Position numbers and translations under genes: made by a program. Under the pieces are notes generated by a model. It did no database searches. It saw only the letters and a program-made list of their open reading frames with translations, and was not told where the DNA came from. This document shows, in pieces, positions 9,865-19,020 of a stretch of 36,801 nucleotides of DNA (positions are counted from its first letter, which is position 1; each line of letters begins with the position of its first letter). The DNA is taken from sequence record SRR2962707_2507, one strand, 5' to 3'.

Positions 9865-10563
9865 GTGATAGTGTCGCACTTAGCAATTATTCCATGTAAG
9901 CGGAATTCTTCACGGGTGAAGGATAAAAATATCAGAGACTTGTATGGTTTGCCATTGTTTGTGCATTCATTCCAGCAAGCTAAAGAATCTGGTATCTTTA
10001 GTGATATTCTCATTTCAACAGAGTCCGATTACATTGTTGATCTGGCAAGTAATTACAATATAGATATTCCGTTCAAGAGATCAGATAAATATACGCACGA
10101 TGACGTCACGCTTGGTGACTATGTTATTGAAGCTCTTGATCGGTTCAAGGAGATGGGAAAGGACTTTGAGTTTGTTACTGTTCTGTTCGCTACTTCTCCA
10201 CTTAGAACTCCAAATGATATTATTTCATGTTTTAATATGATTGATAAAGATATCGATGGGAGTGTGAGTATTGTAAAGTATAATTATCCCGTTCTGCATG
10301 CATTAAAGCAAGATGGAAATTTGGTTATTCCTCTCTATCCCGAATATACGGATGTTATTGAACAGCACCACCCGAAGTGTTTTGCTGATAATGCTTCCAT
10401 TTTGATGATGAGAGTTGAAAAGTTCAGAAAGACTAAGAACTTTTTCGTTGGAAATATTGCCGGATATATTATGCCATCCAACCGCTCAGTCGATATTAAT
10501 ACCGAAGAAGATTGGGAGATGGTCGAGTTTCTCTTCCCAAAGACTCGTGAGGTAACAGATTGA
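9865..10563 (+). CDS. Acylneuraminate cytidylyltransferase (NeuA/PseF family)
   Basis: AIIPCKRNSSRVKDKNIRDLYGLPL, ATSPLR, SVDINTEEDW. Confidence 0.9.
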   Translation: MIVSHLAIIPCKRNSSRVKDKNIRDLYGLPLFVHSFQQAKESGIFSDILISTESDYIVDLASNYNIDIPFKRSDKYTHDDVTLGDYVIEALDRFKEMGKDFEFVTVLFATSPLRTPNDIISCFNMIDKDIDGSVSIVKYNYPVLHALKQDGNLVIPLYPEYTDVIEQHHPKCFADNASILMMRVEKFRKTKNFFVGNIAGYIMPSNRSVDINTEEDWEMVEFLFPKTREVTD

Positions 10564-11294
10564 AAGTCGTAGTTACTATTGAAGCACGAATGTCTTCGCG
10601 CAGGCTGCCGGGAAAAGTGTTGTTGCCGGCAGCTGGTAGGCCATTCTTGAGCCACATGATAGAGCGTGTAAAACAAGTTCCCGGGATAAGTGAAATTGTT
10701 ATTGCAACAACGGATAACCCAGCTGATTCAATCCTGGAGAAATTCGCTCAGGAAAACTGTGTGTCTGTTTTTCGGGGTAGCGAAGAAGATGTGATGGGGC
10801 GTGTCTTAGCTGCGGCGGAGATGGTATCTGCAGATGTAATAGTAGAGTTGACTGGAGACTGCCCGATCATTGATCCAGCGATTATTGATGATTGTGTACA
10901 GTTATATTTGAGCAGTGACTGCGATTACGTAAGCAACTGTGTGGAACGCAGTTATCCAGACGGGATGGATGTTCAAGTATTTTCTGTAGATGCTCTGAGG
11001 AAGTCTGCGGACATGACCGTTGATCCGTTTGACCGAGAACACGTAACTTTACATATTCGGCGAAGTCCTGACATATTCAAGATGTGCGATCTGGTTGCTC
11101 CTAAGGAGCTTACTTGGCCTGAGCTTGGGCTTACGCTAGATGAGCAAGCTGATTACGAGATGTTGAAAGTAATTACAGAGGAGTTATACATTTCCTCTCC
11201 GTTTTTCAGTTGTGAGGACGTAATTGACTTTCTGCGACGACGTCCAGAGGTGAGAGCCTTGAATCAGACTGTTTCTCGGACTGTTTACGAATGA
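10560..11294 (+). CDS. SpsF-type cytidylyltransferase-fold protein
   Basis: TIEARMSSRRLPGKVL, IATTDNPAD, FRGSEEDVMGR, ELTGDCPIIDP, YPDGMDVQV, REHVT, LTLDEQADY. Confidence 0.9.
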   Translation: MKVVVTIEARMSSRRLPGKVLLPAAGRPFLSHMIERVKQVPGISEIVIATTDNPADSILEKFAQENCVSVFRGSEEDVMGRVLAAAEMVSADVIVELTGDCPIIDPAIIDDCVQLYLSSDCDYVSNCVERSYPDGMDVQVFSVDALRKSADMTVDPFDREHVTLHIRRSPDIFKMCDLVAPKELTWPELGLTLDEQADYEMLKVITEELYISSPFFSCEDVIDFLRRRPEVRALNQTVSRTVYE

Positions 11295-12271
11295 CCAAAT
11301 ACTCTGTAGTTGTCGTCGGCCTTGGCCAAATTGGTATGGGATACGATTATGAAGACTACGCCGGTGAGATGGCTCTTACTCATTGTTCGGCCTTCAAGAG
11401 GCATCCGGGGTTTAACTTATTAGGTGGCGTTGATAAGTCAGCTCAAAAGCGTGCCCGTTTCGAGCATAAATTTGGTTTGCCTGCGCATGAGACACTAGGT
11501 GGTTTTCTAGAAGTGTCTGTACCTGACGTAATCGTTGTGGCGGTACCTACTCAGTTTCATGGGAAGGTTTTTGAGGAAGCACTCTCTTGCGAGCCTAGGC
11601 TGATAGTCTGTGAGAAGCCGTTGTCCAGAGACTATGATGAGGCCCGGCATTTCATTACCCAAGCCGCTAACGCGAATGTTAGTGTATTCGTCAATCATAT
11701 ACTACGTTATGAGCCTTCCCTATTGAAAATCAAAGCCTTGATTGATAGGGGGGGCTTTGGGAAGATATATAAGGGAAACGTTTGGTATGCGAAAGGCCTT
11801 TTGAATAACGGGTCTCATTTTGTGGATTTGTTGGCTTTCCTTTTTGGTGAAATGTTTGATGTGAGAGTCTTTAATGCTGGCCGACTTTGGGCTGATGTCG
11901 ATCCAGAGCCTGACTTCCAAATAACTTGTGGAAATGTTGACGTTGTTTTTCGTTCAACGCGTGAGGAAGAGTTTTCGTTTGCGCAAATGGAGTTGGTCGG
12001 TGAGAAGGGATTGATGCTCTACTCAACGACGAACGGTGCATTTATTAGAAACATTGTCTCCGATCCGCTGTTTCCCGGCTACAAAATATTAGGGGATGAG
12101 CAGCGATTGACTCTAGGTTTGGACACTGTTCAACTGAATGTAGTTGAAAACTTATATGCTCATCTTACAGATGGTGAAAAGTTGAGGTCGGATGGTGAAA
12201 GTGCTCTTGCCACCCTCAGCTATGTGAGGGAGGTTCTGAGTTGTCGGTCCAAACTACTAAGCACGTTCTAG
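11291..12271 (+). CDS. Gfo/Idh/MocA-family NAD(P) oxidoreductase
   Basis: VVGLGQIG, VAVPTQFH, IVCEKP, GLLNNGSHFVDL. Confidence 0.9.
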   Translation: MTKYSVVVVGLGQIGMGYDYEDYAGEMALTHCSAFKRHPGFNLLGGVDKSAQKRARFEHKFGLPAHETLGGFLEVSVPDVIVVAVPTQFHGKVFEEALSCEPRLIVCEKPLSRDYDEARHFITQAANANVSVFVNHILRYEPSLLKIKALIDRGGFGKIYKGNVWYAKGLLNNGSHFVDLLAFLFGEMFDVRVFNAGRLWADVDPEPDFQITCGNVDVVFRSTREEEFSFAQMELVGEKGLMLYSTTNGAFIRNIVSDPLFPGYKILGDEQRLTLGLDTVQLNVVENLYAHLTDGEKLRSDGESALATLSYVREVLSCRSKLLSTF

Positions 12272-12275
12272 GCAA

Positions 12276-13214
12276 ATGAAAACTCTTCTAGTGTCCGGGA
12301 ATCCTGGCGGTGCAAGAATTCTAGCCTCTTGGGCGGCTAGGCAGTTAGAGAAACATTTTGAATTCTTTCTCTCCTCTGCTGCAGAGGATGTGTTCGCTCG
12401 ATATTTCAGTAATGTTGTTAATAAGAGGGGCCTTGTCCCCCTCGATAAATTGCTTTCAGGTTGCGATGAGCTAATATGTAGTACCAGCGTGACTGGAGAG
12501 CCCCTCGAGAAAGATGCAATCGCTTTAGCAAAGATGATGGGGGTTCCTTCTGCAGCATATCTCGACCATTGGGTATCTTACCGACAAAGATTCGTATCAG
12601 AAGGTGCCCCAGTGTTGCCAGATGAAATCTGGGTGGGTGATGTTTATGGGCTTGAGATTGCCAGATCTGAGTTTCCTGCCAAAGATATTAAGCTTGTGCC
12701 TAACAATATATTTTCAAGCATCAAATCATCATGCTTCTCAGTTCCTAAATTAAGCCAGCGACCGAAAGATATAAAAGTACTGTACCTCACTGAGTACAAC
12801 GATTTAAAGAGAGCCTCCGGAAATTCTTTAACTGCTAATTCTAGGTGGGATGAGAAGGAAACGGTGAACTTCTTTTTATCAAATGTTATAAAAATCTTGC
12901 CAGAGTCGAGAATAGAAAAAATAGTCTTCCGAGTTCACCCGCTGGAGATTCAATCTGACTATGAGTGGATACTTAAATCTTATCCGACACTGCCGTTGGA
13001 ATTTAGCGAGGAACGTGATCTAGAACGAGATTGTAGATTAGCTGATCTCATCGTAGGTAGGGAAACCATGGCTATGGTGGAAGCGCTTTATATGGGAAAG
13101 ACGGTGATTTCTTGCGTGCCGCCGAACTCTGTTCCTGGGTGTCTTCCTTTCAAAAGCATACTAGATTTTGCTAGTTTGCTTAGCGGGAGGCAGGAACTAC
13201 CACAGCACTTTTGA
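12276..13214 (+). CDS. Hypothetical GT-B-like protein, possible CMP-ulosonate transferase
   Basis: 312-aa ORF inside the operon. It carries PGGA, LDHWVSYRQRF..LPDEIWVGD, FRVHPLE (HP motif) and ADLIVG..TMAMVEALYMGK.VIS, a GT-B C-terminal pattern. Confidence 0.6.
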   Translation: MKTLLVSGNPGGARILASWAARQLEKHFEFFLSSAAEDVFARYFSNVVNKRGLVPLDKLLSGCDELICSTSVTGEPLEKDAIALAKMMGVPSAAYLDHWVSYRQRFVSEGAPVLPDEIWVGDVYGLEIARSEFPAKDIKLVPNNIFSSIKSSCFSVPKLSQRPKDIKVLYLTEYNDLKRASGNSLTANSRWDEKETVNFFLSNVIKILPESRIEKIVFRVHPLEIQSDYEWILKSYPTLPLEFSEERDLERDCRLADLIVGRETMAMVEALYMGKTVISCVPPNSVPGCLPFKSILDFASLLSGRQELPQHF

Positions 13215-13269
13215 GAAGTGTTAAGTATTGGGTTGTTCGACTCAAGTGAATTACGGATGAGGTGATAAG

Positions 13270-14574
13270 GTGAAGCTTGCAATAAATGGCGGAAATAAGG
13301 TTGCGACTGAACCGTTTCCCCCGAGTAACTACATCGGTATGGAAGAAAAGGTGGCCGTCAATGAAGTCTTGGACAGTGGCGTTCTGTCGCGTTTTCTTGG
13401 GTGCTGGGATCCAGATTTTTATGGAGGTTCAAGAATTCAGACATTGGAGAATGATTGGGCGAATTTCTTCGGGGTGAAGCATGCAATTGCTGTTAACTCA
13501 TGTACATCTGGCTTGCAGTGTGCGGTAGGCGCAATTGGTCTAGAACCCGGAGATGAGGTAATTGTTACGCCGTACACCATGTCTGCGTCGGCTTCATCAA
13601 TCGTCGCATTCAACGGAGTGCCAGTGTTTGCTGATGTTGAGGAAGACTATTTCTGTATAAACTCTGCCGATATTGAGAAAAAGATTACCTCCCGTACAAA
13701 AGCAATAATGGCAGTGGATTTGTTTGGTCTACCTATTGCCGGACAAGAAATAAGATCTTTGGCTGACAAACATGGACTGTTTGTAATTGAAGATGTCGCT
13801 CAAGCACCGGGTGCAAAGTACCATGGTGATTATGCCGGAACATTGGGCGATGTAGGCGTTTTTTCGCTCAATTATCATAAGCACATTCATTGCGGTGAGG
13901 GTGGGGTAGTTATCACAGACAATGACGAATTGGCTGAACGTATCAGACTGATTCGTAATCATGCTGAAGCCGTTGTGGCCGACAAGGGGGAAACAAATCT
14001 AGTCAATATGGTAGGCTATAATTTTCGGATGACAGAGATAGAAGCGGCAATAGCTGCTTGTCAGCTAAAAAAGCTACCGGATTTGATTCAAGCGAGGGTA
14101 GAAAATTGTAGATACCTAGAGAGCGGACTTGAAGAGATGCTGGGTATAACGCCAGCTAAAGTGAGGCCAGGCTGCTCACACGTATATTACGTTCATCCTT
14201 TCTTGTTCGACGAGAAGCAGGTGGGGGTACATAGAGATGTGTTTGTTGAGGCTGTCAAAGCAGAGCTACCTGTTACGACTCTTCGAGAAAACGAGGGCCC
14301 TTTGCTAGCGGCTGGATATGAAAAGCCACTCTATAAGCAGCCAATGTACCAAAAAAATATTGCATATGGCACTCAGAGATTCCCCTGGAGCTTTAACAAG
14401 CAGAGTAATTCGAATCCTTATCTCAATGCTAGTTGCCCTGTTGCCGAAAAACTTCATGGAAGCAAGCTGTTTTTCCATGAAATGATGAGGCCCGGAATGT
14501 CGAGGAGTGATTTGGACAAAGTTATTGAAGCATTCTTGAAGGTGTATAATAATCTAGATGAGTTGCGAAAATGA
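13270..14574 (+). CDS. Second DegT/DnrJ/EryC1/StrS aminotransferase
   Basis: MKLAINGG, VNSCTSGL, GDEVIVTPYTMSAS, IEDVAQAPGA, FSLNYHKHIHCGEGG, GYNFRMTEIEAA. Confidence 0.93.
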   Translation: MKLAINGGNKVATEPFPPSNYIGMEEKVAVNEVLDSGVLSRFLGCWDPDFYGGSRIQTLENDWANFFGVKHAIAVNSCTSGLQCAVGAIGLEPGDEVIVTPYTMSASASSIVAFNGVPVFADVEEDYFCINSADIEKKITSRTKAIMAVDLFGLPIAGQEIRSLADKHGLFVIEDVAQAPGAKYHGDYAGTLGDVGVFSLNYHKHIHCGEGGVVITDNDELAERIRLIRNHAEAVVADKGETNLVNMVGYNFRMTEIEAAIAACQLKKLPDLIQARVENCRYLESGLEEMLGITPAKVRPGCSHVYYVHPFLFDEKQVGVHRDVFVEAVKAELPVTTLRENEGPLLAAGYEKPLYKQPMYQKNIAYGTQRFPWSFNKQSNSNPYLNASCPVAEKLHGSKLFFHEMMRPGMSRSDLDKVIEAFLKVYNNLDELRK

Positions 14575-15308
14575 ATTTTGACAAAGAAATATCCACGATT
14601 GTAATCGCAAGTTTTAACGCCTATCCATGTACCGAGATTCTTTATAAGTGCAGTAAAAGAGGGATTCCGATCGAGGCTGTTGTCTTTGTTGGGGATGCTG
14701 TTAATTATAAAACAAGGAGCATTACTTGGGAATACACAAATTTTGAGGCGGGTTTAAGAATTGTTGATTTAGAAGATTTACATGTGCCCTGTTATTTTGT
14801 GAAGGATATTAATTCGGCGAATGCTAGATCGTTGTTGAGTAAATTGAAGCCCGATGTGATTTTACAGGGCGGCGTGGGGATTCTCAAAAGCGATATCATC
14901 GAAATCCCTTCTATCGGGATACTGAATTCTCATCCAGGAAAGTTGCCAGACTATCAAGGGTGCATGGCCGTTGAATGGAGTATTTACAATGATGATCCGG
15001 TTTGCTCGACTTGTCATTTCATTGATGATGGGATCGATACAGGCCCAATCATTACGGTTCGTGAACTCGAAATAAAAAGTTACATGGATTATCATTCAAT
15101 TCGCCGTAAAGCGCTTTCGCACAGGGTCGACGTGCTGCTTGATGGACTTGAGCTGGTGTTAGCTGGTTTTCGTAGAGGTGATGCCTTTAAGCAAGGTGAA
15201 GGAACCTACTACAAGCCAATGAAGGAGGGCGAGATGGCGAAAATGCTGAAGATGATAGAAAATGCAACTTATAGTCATTTCAAAGATAAGATGGGTAGTA
15301 TAACGTGA
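14571..15308 (+). CDS. Formyltransferase (N10-formyl-THF-dependent sugar N-formyltransferase-like)
   Basis: ILNSHPGKLPDYQG and TCHFIDDGIDTGPII supply the Asn/His/Asp formyltransferase signature. Confidence 0.88.
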   Translation: MNFDKEISTIVIASFNAYPCTEILYKCSKRGIPIEAVVFVGDAVNYKTRSITWEYTNFEAGLRIVDLEDLHVPCYFVKDINSANARSLLSKLKPDVILQGGVGILKSDIIEIPSIGILNSHPGKLPDYQGCMAVEWSIYNDDPVCSTCHFIDDGIDTGPIITVRELEIKSYMDYHSIRRKALSHRVDVLLDGLELVLAGFRRGDAFKQGEGTYYKPMKEGEMAKMLKMIENATYSHFKDKMGSIT

Positions 15309-16138
15309 CTGTAGATGTTAGTTCCCGCCTTAATCTTGAGGCCTACAATGGTGTCGAGAATCTAGCTAATTTTACTTCTCAAAAGGGCATAGAGAATTAC
15401 CGCGAAGAAAGACTGAGGTTTTCTGAGCCTTACGTACGATGTCTGGTGAATGAGCTCGGGCAGGGGTTCGCAAAATGTTGTCTTGATTTAGGGTCAGGAA
15501 GCTCTGCATTCTTGTATGCTTTGAAAAATGCAGGCCTTATTCAGCAAGGCGTGGGTGTTGAAATTTCCACTACCAGAAATGAATTTGCTGAAAAATGGCG
15601 AACGGATTGCCAGTATGAAAATATTTCAAACATTTTGGGGGATGTTGCAGATATTCCCTCAAATGTTCAGGCAATAGATCTATGTACTATTCTAGATAGC
15701 ACATTTACGTACTTCTATCCGATAGACAGACATTTTCCGAAGAAAGTTCTTAAAGATGTTTGGCAGCGTCTTAATTTTGGTGGGTGGCTGTATTTAGAGT
15801 TTCCTACTTTCGAGGAAGCAAAGCGACAGTGTGTCTCTACTGGTGAATACTTTGAATGGTCTGAGCTTCCTGAAAGCAATGCATTCAAGTATTCAATGTA
15901 TCGTACTGATCTTGATGAAGTTAACGGTCTACTCAAGAAAACCAGCGTCTACACATTTCGTGATAAGCTTGGAGATACTTCAAAAACAGAGGTGACAAAG
16001 ATTTACTCTTCTGCTGAAATAGAAGACCTTTTAACATCTGCTGGCTATAGTAATCTGCGGGTATATGGAGGGTTGGATCGTGTGGAGTACATTAAGGGCG
16101 TTTCCGAGAGCATTGTAGTGTTTGCTCAGAAGGTGTGA
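15305..16138 (+). CDS. Class I SAM-dependent methyltransferase
   Basis: LDLGSGS, GVGVEIS, GDV, LNFGGWLYLE, YS..EIEDLLTSAGY. Confidence 0.82.
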   Translation: MTVDVSSRLNLEAYNGVENLANFTSQKGIENYREERLRFSEPYVRCLVNELGQGFAKCCLDLGSGSSAFLYALKNAGLIQQGVGVEISTTRNEFAEKWRTDCQYENISNILGDVADIPSNVQAIDLCTILDSTFTYFYPIDRHFPKKVLKDVWQRLNFGGWLYLEFPTFEEAKRQCVSTGEYFEWSELPESNAFKYSMYRTDLDEVNGLLKKTSVYTFRDKLGDTSKTEVTKIYSSAEIEDLLTSAGYSNLRVYGGLDRVEYIKGVSESIVVFAQKV

Positions 16139-16139
16139 T

Positions 16140-17264
16140 GTGAAGAAGAAGCTGTTTTGCATTTTGCCAGATAGGTTGGGTGGGGTCGATATGGTCGCGC
16201 CAATAATCGCCGAGGCCAAACACAGAAATCCCGAGCTTGAAATTGTGCTGGTGTTTTGGAGTAGAAGCACTTTCGAGCTATATCAGAGGGCAGGCTTTTT
16301 AAGGCAGGCAATTGATGGTGTCGTCACTAAGACTCTGTGGGTAAATGACGATGTTTTCCCTAAGTTTAAGAAGATCAAGAAGATTGTGAGTTTGCTGAGG
16401 ATTTTGTCTGAGGTGTTAAACTCTCGACGTCCGGTGTTGCTCCATGCTCAAACAATGGGCGAAAAATTTTACAAGACAATCATCAAAGCGATTAGATTCA
16501 AGGGCGGTACATCGTTTGCCCACCCTAAAAGTTTGGTTCTAGTTCATGGTCGGACGTCGGAAGGGTTGAGCAATTTTCGAGATGACGATGGTTTTCTTTG
16601 CTTTAGTGAAAAAGAAGTCGGATTTTACTCGGAATCAGGAACCCGTAACGTTGTTCCAATCGGATACACGAGGTTCTACCGGAGTTGGTTAACCACAGTG
16701 GTGAGGTTATCAAGGCAAAACTTTGACAAAATTAAAGGTGACGAATTTGATGAAAGCTTGAAGACTGTTTTGCTACTTCTTGGGTCAACGGTTGAAGGTA
16801 TTTTTGATCTTGATGAATTGGAGGAGTGGGTTTCTACAGTGTTTTCAACCTTGGGTAATGTGTTTGGTAAAGCCAACATCATTATTAAACCTCATCCTTG
16901 TCAGAATATGGCGCATTTAGATAAGGTACTTTCTAGTTATCGGCAGGAATATAACATTATTGTAACATCCCAGCATCAATCTGTCCTCTCTGAATGCTCA
17001 GATTTAGTCATCTCGCATCATACATCTGCTATGCTTGACGCTGCAGCTATGAAAAAATCTTTGATATTCTATTTTGAGCCCACACAAAAGTGGATAGATA
17101 CTCATAAAGATATTTGTTTTATTTATTCTAATATTGGGATTCATTGGTCTAAGAATAAACGTGATTTCTACGACTCAGTCTTTAGATCTTTGGGTGAAAA
17201 AATTGATAACAGTTTTGTTGAAGTAATGGGCCACAAGGAAAATATTAGTCATCTGGGTTTGTAG
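16140..17264 (+). CDS. Hypothetical protein, possible sialyl/ulosonyl-transferase-like GT-B enzyme
   Basis: ORF open from 16122; GTG 16140 lies just after the upstream stop. Motifs IGYTRF, IIIKPHP and SDLVISHHTSAMLDAAAMKK. Confidence 0.6.
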   Translation: MKKKLFCILPDRLGGVDMVAPIIAEAKHRNPELEIVLVFWSRSTFELYQRAGFLRQAIDGVVTKTLWVNDDVFPKFKKIKKIVSLLRILSEVLNSRRPVLLHAQTMGEKFYKTIIKAIRFKGGTSFAHPKSLVLVHGRTSEGLSNFRDDDGFLCFSEKEVGFYSESGTRNVVPIGYTRFYRSWLTTVVRLSRQNFDKIKGDEFDESLKTVLLLLGSTVEGIFDLDELEEWVSTVFSTLGNVFGKANIIIKPHPCQNMAHLDKVLSSYRQEYNIIVTSQHQSVLSECSDLVISHHTSAMLDAAAMKKSLIFYFEPTQKWIDTHKDICFIYSNIGIHWSKNKRDFYDSVFRSLGEKIDNSFVEVMGHKENISHLGL

Positions 17265-17272
17265 GTGTTGTC

Positions 17273-18127
17273 GTGGGAAAATTATTCTTTACTACCGGAT
17301 CTTTTGTTTTTTGGGATGAGAATTATAACATTAATGAAGTTATAACTCAAATGTCACAGTTATGTCTTCCGATTGACGGAGTAGATATTAGTTTTAGTGA
17401 TGTTCGCGACAGGAGCATTGATATTGATGATTATGTAGCGTCATATTTGTGCCGCTTTGAGGAAAATGTACTTCATATTAGTTTTGATGATATAGACAGA
17501 AGAAAAAGCATAGATTTACTTGATTTCGACAAAAGAATCAAAAGAAACTATGCTCTTAGTAAAAGAATTAATGCCTCAAATCTTGTTCTCCATCCAGACT
17601 TTATACCTGAAAATCCAGAAGCTGTTTGGGACGTGATTTTTCAGTATTTTCACCCAAAAGACGTAAGCATTGAATTGATGGACCCAAGGAAGTCTTTTGG
17701 GGGGCGTATCGAGGATGTGTTAAATCTTCTAACTGTTCATGAAGAACTAGGGTTTGTACCTGACACTGCGCACATACAAGAGTGGACGCATTTGTATGGT
17801 TGGGATGACGTTTACCAAAACGCGAACCTGATTGAGCGTCTAAAGATGTCTCATGTTAGTAATTCAGATGTAGCTGATGTGGATTGCAACTTTGCCGCTT
17901 TTACGGGCGGCAATCTAAAGAGCACGCATGTTCCGTGCCTCTGCAACACACTTGCCATTCCAGAGTCTGTTTTGGAGCTGAGTAGAGCAGCGCCGATCGT
18001 GTTGGAAGGTACGATTCCTAAATCACCTTTAGGGGTGGAGTTGGCTAGGTTGGAGTTGGCGTTTGTGCGTGGAGCTATCTCTCAGGAAGAAGCTAAAGAA
18101 AAACTAGATTCTATTAGGTTGATTTAA
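17273..18127 (+). CDS. Xylose-isomerase/AP-endonuclease-2-like TIM-barrel protein (possible sugar epimerase/isomerase)
   Basis: Spaced metal-ligand strands VLHIS, LVLHPD, SIELMD, PDTAH, SHVSN, THVP, IVLEG. Confidence 0.6.
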   Translation: MGKLFFTTGSFVFWDENYNINEVITQMSQLCLPIDGVDISFSDVRDRSIDIDDYVASYLCRFEENVLHISFDDIDRRKSIDLLDFDKRIKRNYALSKRINASNLVLHPDFIPENPEAVWDVIFQYFHPKDVSIELMDPRKSFGGRIEDVLNLLTVHEELGFVPDTAHIQEWTHLYGWDDVYQNANLIERLKMSHVSNSDVADVDCNFAAFTGGNLKSTHVPCLCNTLAIPESVLELSRAAPIVLEGTIPKSPLGVELARLELAFVRGAISQEEAKEKLDSIRLI

Positions 18128-18816
18128 TGACAAACTTGGCGATTGTACCAGTTCGGACAGGTTCGAAAAGAATCCCGAACAAGAATACTCGAGATTTTTT
18201 TGGGAAACCATTGTTTACATATACGATGGATTGCGCACTGAATAGCGGAGTGTTTGACGATATTGTGCTGACAACAGAAGCCGACAGTGTCATCAAGTGT
18301 GCTAAAAAATACGGGTACTCCGACACCATTAAAAGGCCTGCCAGCTTAGCGGAGGATCACATATCGCTCGAGCCGGTTTGCGAGCATGTTTTAGCTGAGT
18401 TAAAAAAAGATAATAGAACTTACGATAAGTTCTGCTTGCTTTACCCAACGGTCCCAACTCGAACAACAGCAGATATTATTGGCTCTTACAAAATGCTCGA
18501 TGAAAGTGTCGAGAGTGTCTGGTCTGTTACGGATTTCAATATAACGCCTTTCTGGGCTTTGAGTGTAGACGATGAGGGGTGTATGAAGCCAACGTTCGGT
18601 TCGTACTACGGTTTACAAAGTCAGGATCTACCACCCCAACCGGTTGTGGATGCTGGATCTATTTATTGGTATTGGACTGAAAGCTTTTTAAAGCACAGAA
18701 AGTTCTTATTGGAAAAGACGCGTGCATATCATATCGAGAGAAAAAGATCAGTAGACCTTGATACATTCGAAGATTGGGACGAAATGGAAGAAGTTTACAA
18801 GAAATATTTTCTATAA
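18127..18816 (+). CDS. Second acylneuraminate cytidylyltransferase (NeuA/PseF family)
   Basis: AIVPVRTGSKRIPNKNTRDFFGKPL, KRPASLAED, LYPTVP.R, SQDLP, DAGSIYW, SVDLDTFEDW. Confidence 0.92.
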   Translation: MTNLAIVPVRTGSKRIPNKNTRDFFGKPLFTYTMDCALNSGVFDDIVLTTEADSVIKCAKKYGYSDTIKRPASLAEDHISLEPVCEHVLAELKKDNRTYDKFCLLYPTVPTRTTADIIGSYKMLDESVESVWSVTDFNITPFWALSVDDEGCMKPTFGSYYGLQSQDLPPQPVVDAGSIYWYWTESFLKHRKFLLEKTRAYHIERKRSVDLDTFEDWDEMEEVYKKYFL

Positions 18817-19020
18817 GTTTATTAGATGACTTTTTCTTCTGCTTCTCATCAAGTTAGATGACTAGAGATCGATTTAAGGCTGAAATATCGAAAGTGTTTA
18901 AATGATACTACAGAGTAAATTCATACTGTGCCATATTTTGTTTTGGTTTCTGTCTGAATTTATATGCTCGCTTGGGCGCCAGCTGGCTATGATCAATTGT
19001 AATCTAGGGATAAGGACGTC

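Noticed and set aside
18822-18863. 10-bp direct repeat TTAGATGACT at 18822 and 18854
   Set aside because: Only two short copies in AT-rich DNA. It is not a CRISPR array, and there is no evidence for a target-site duplication or operator.
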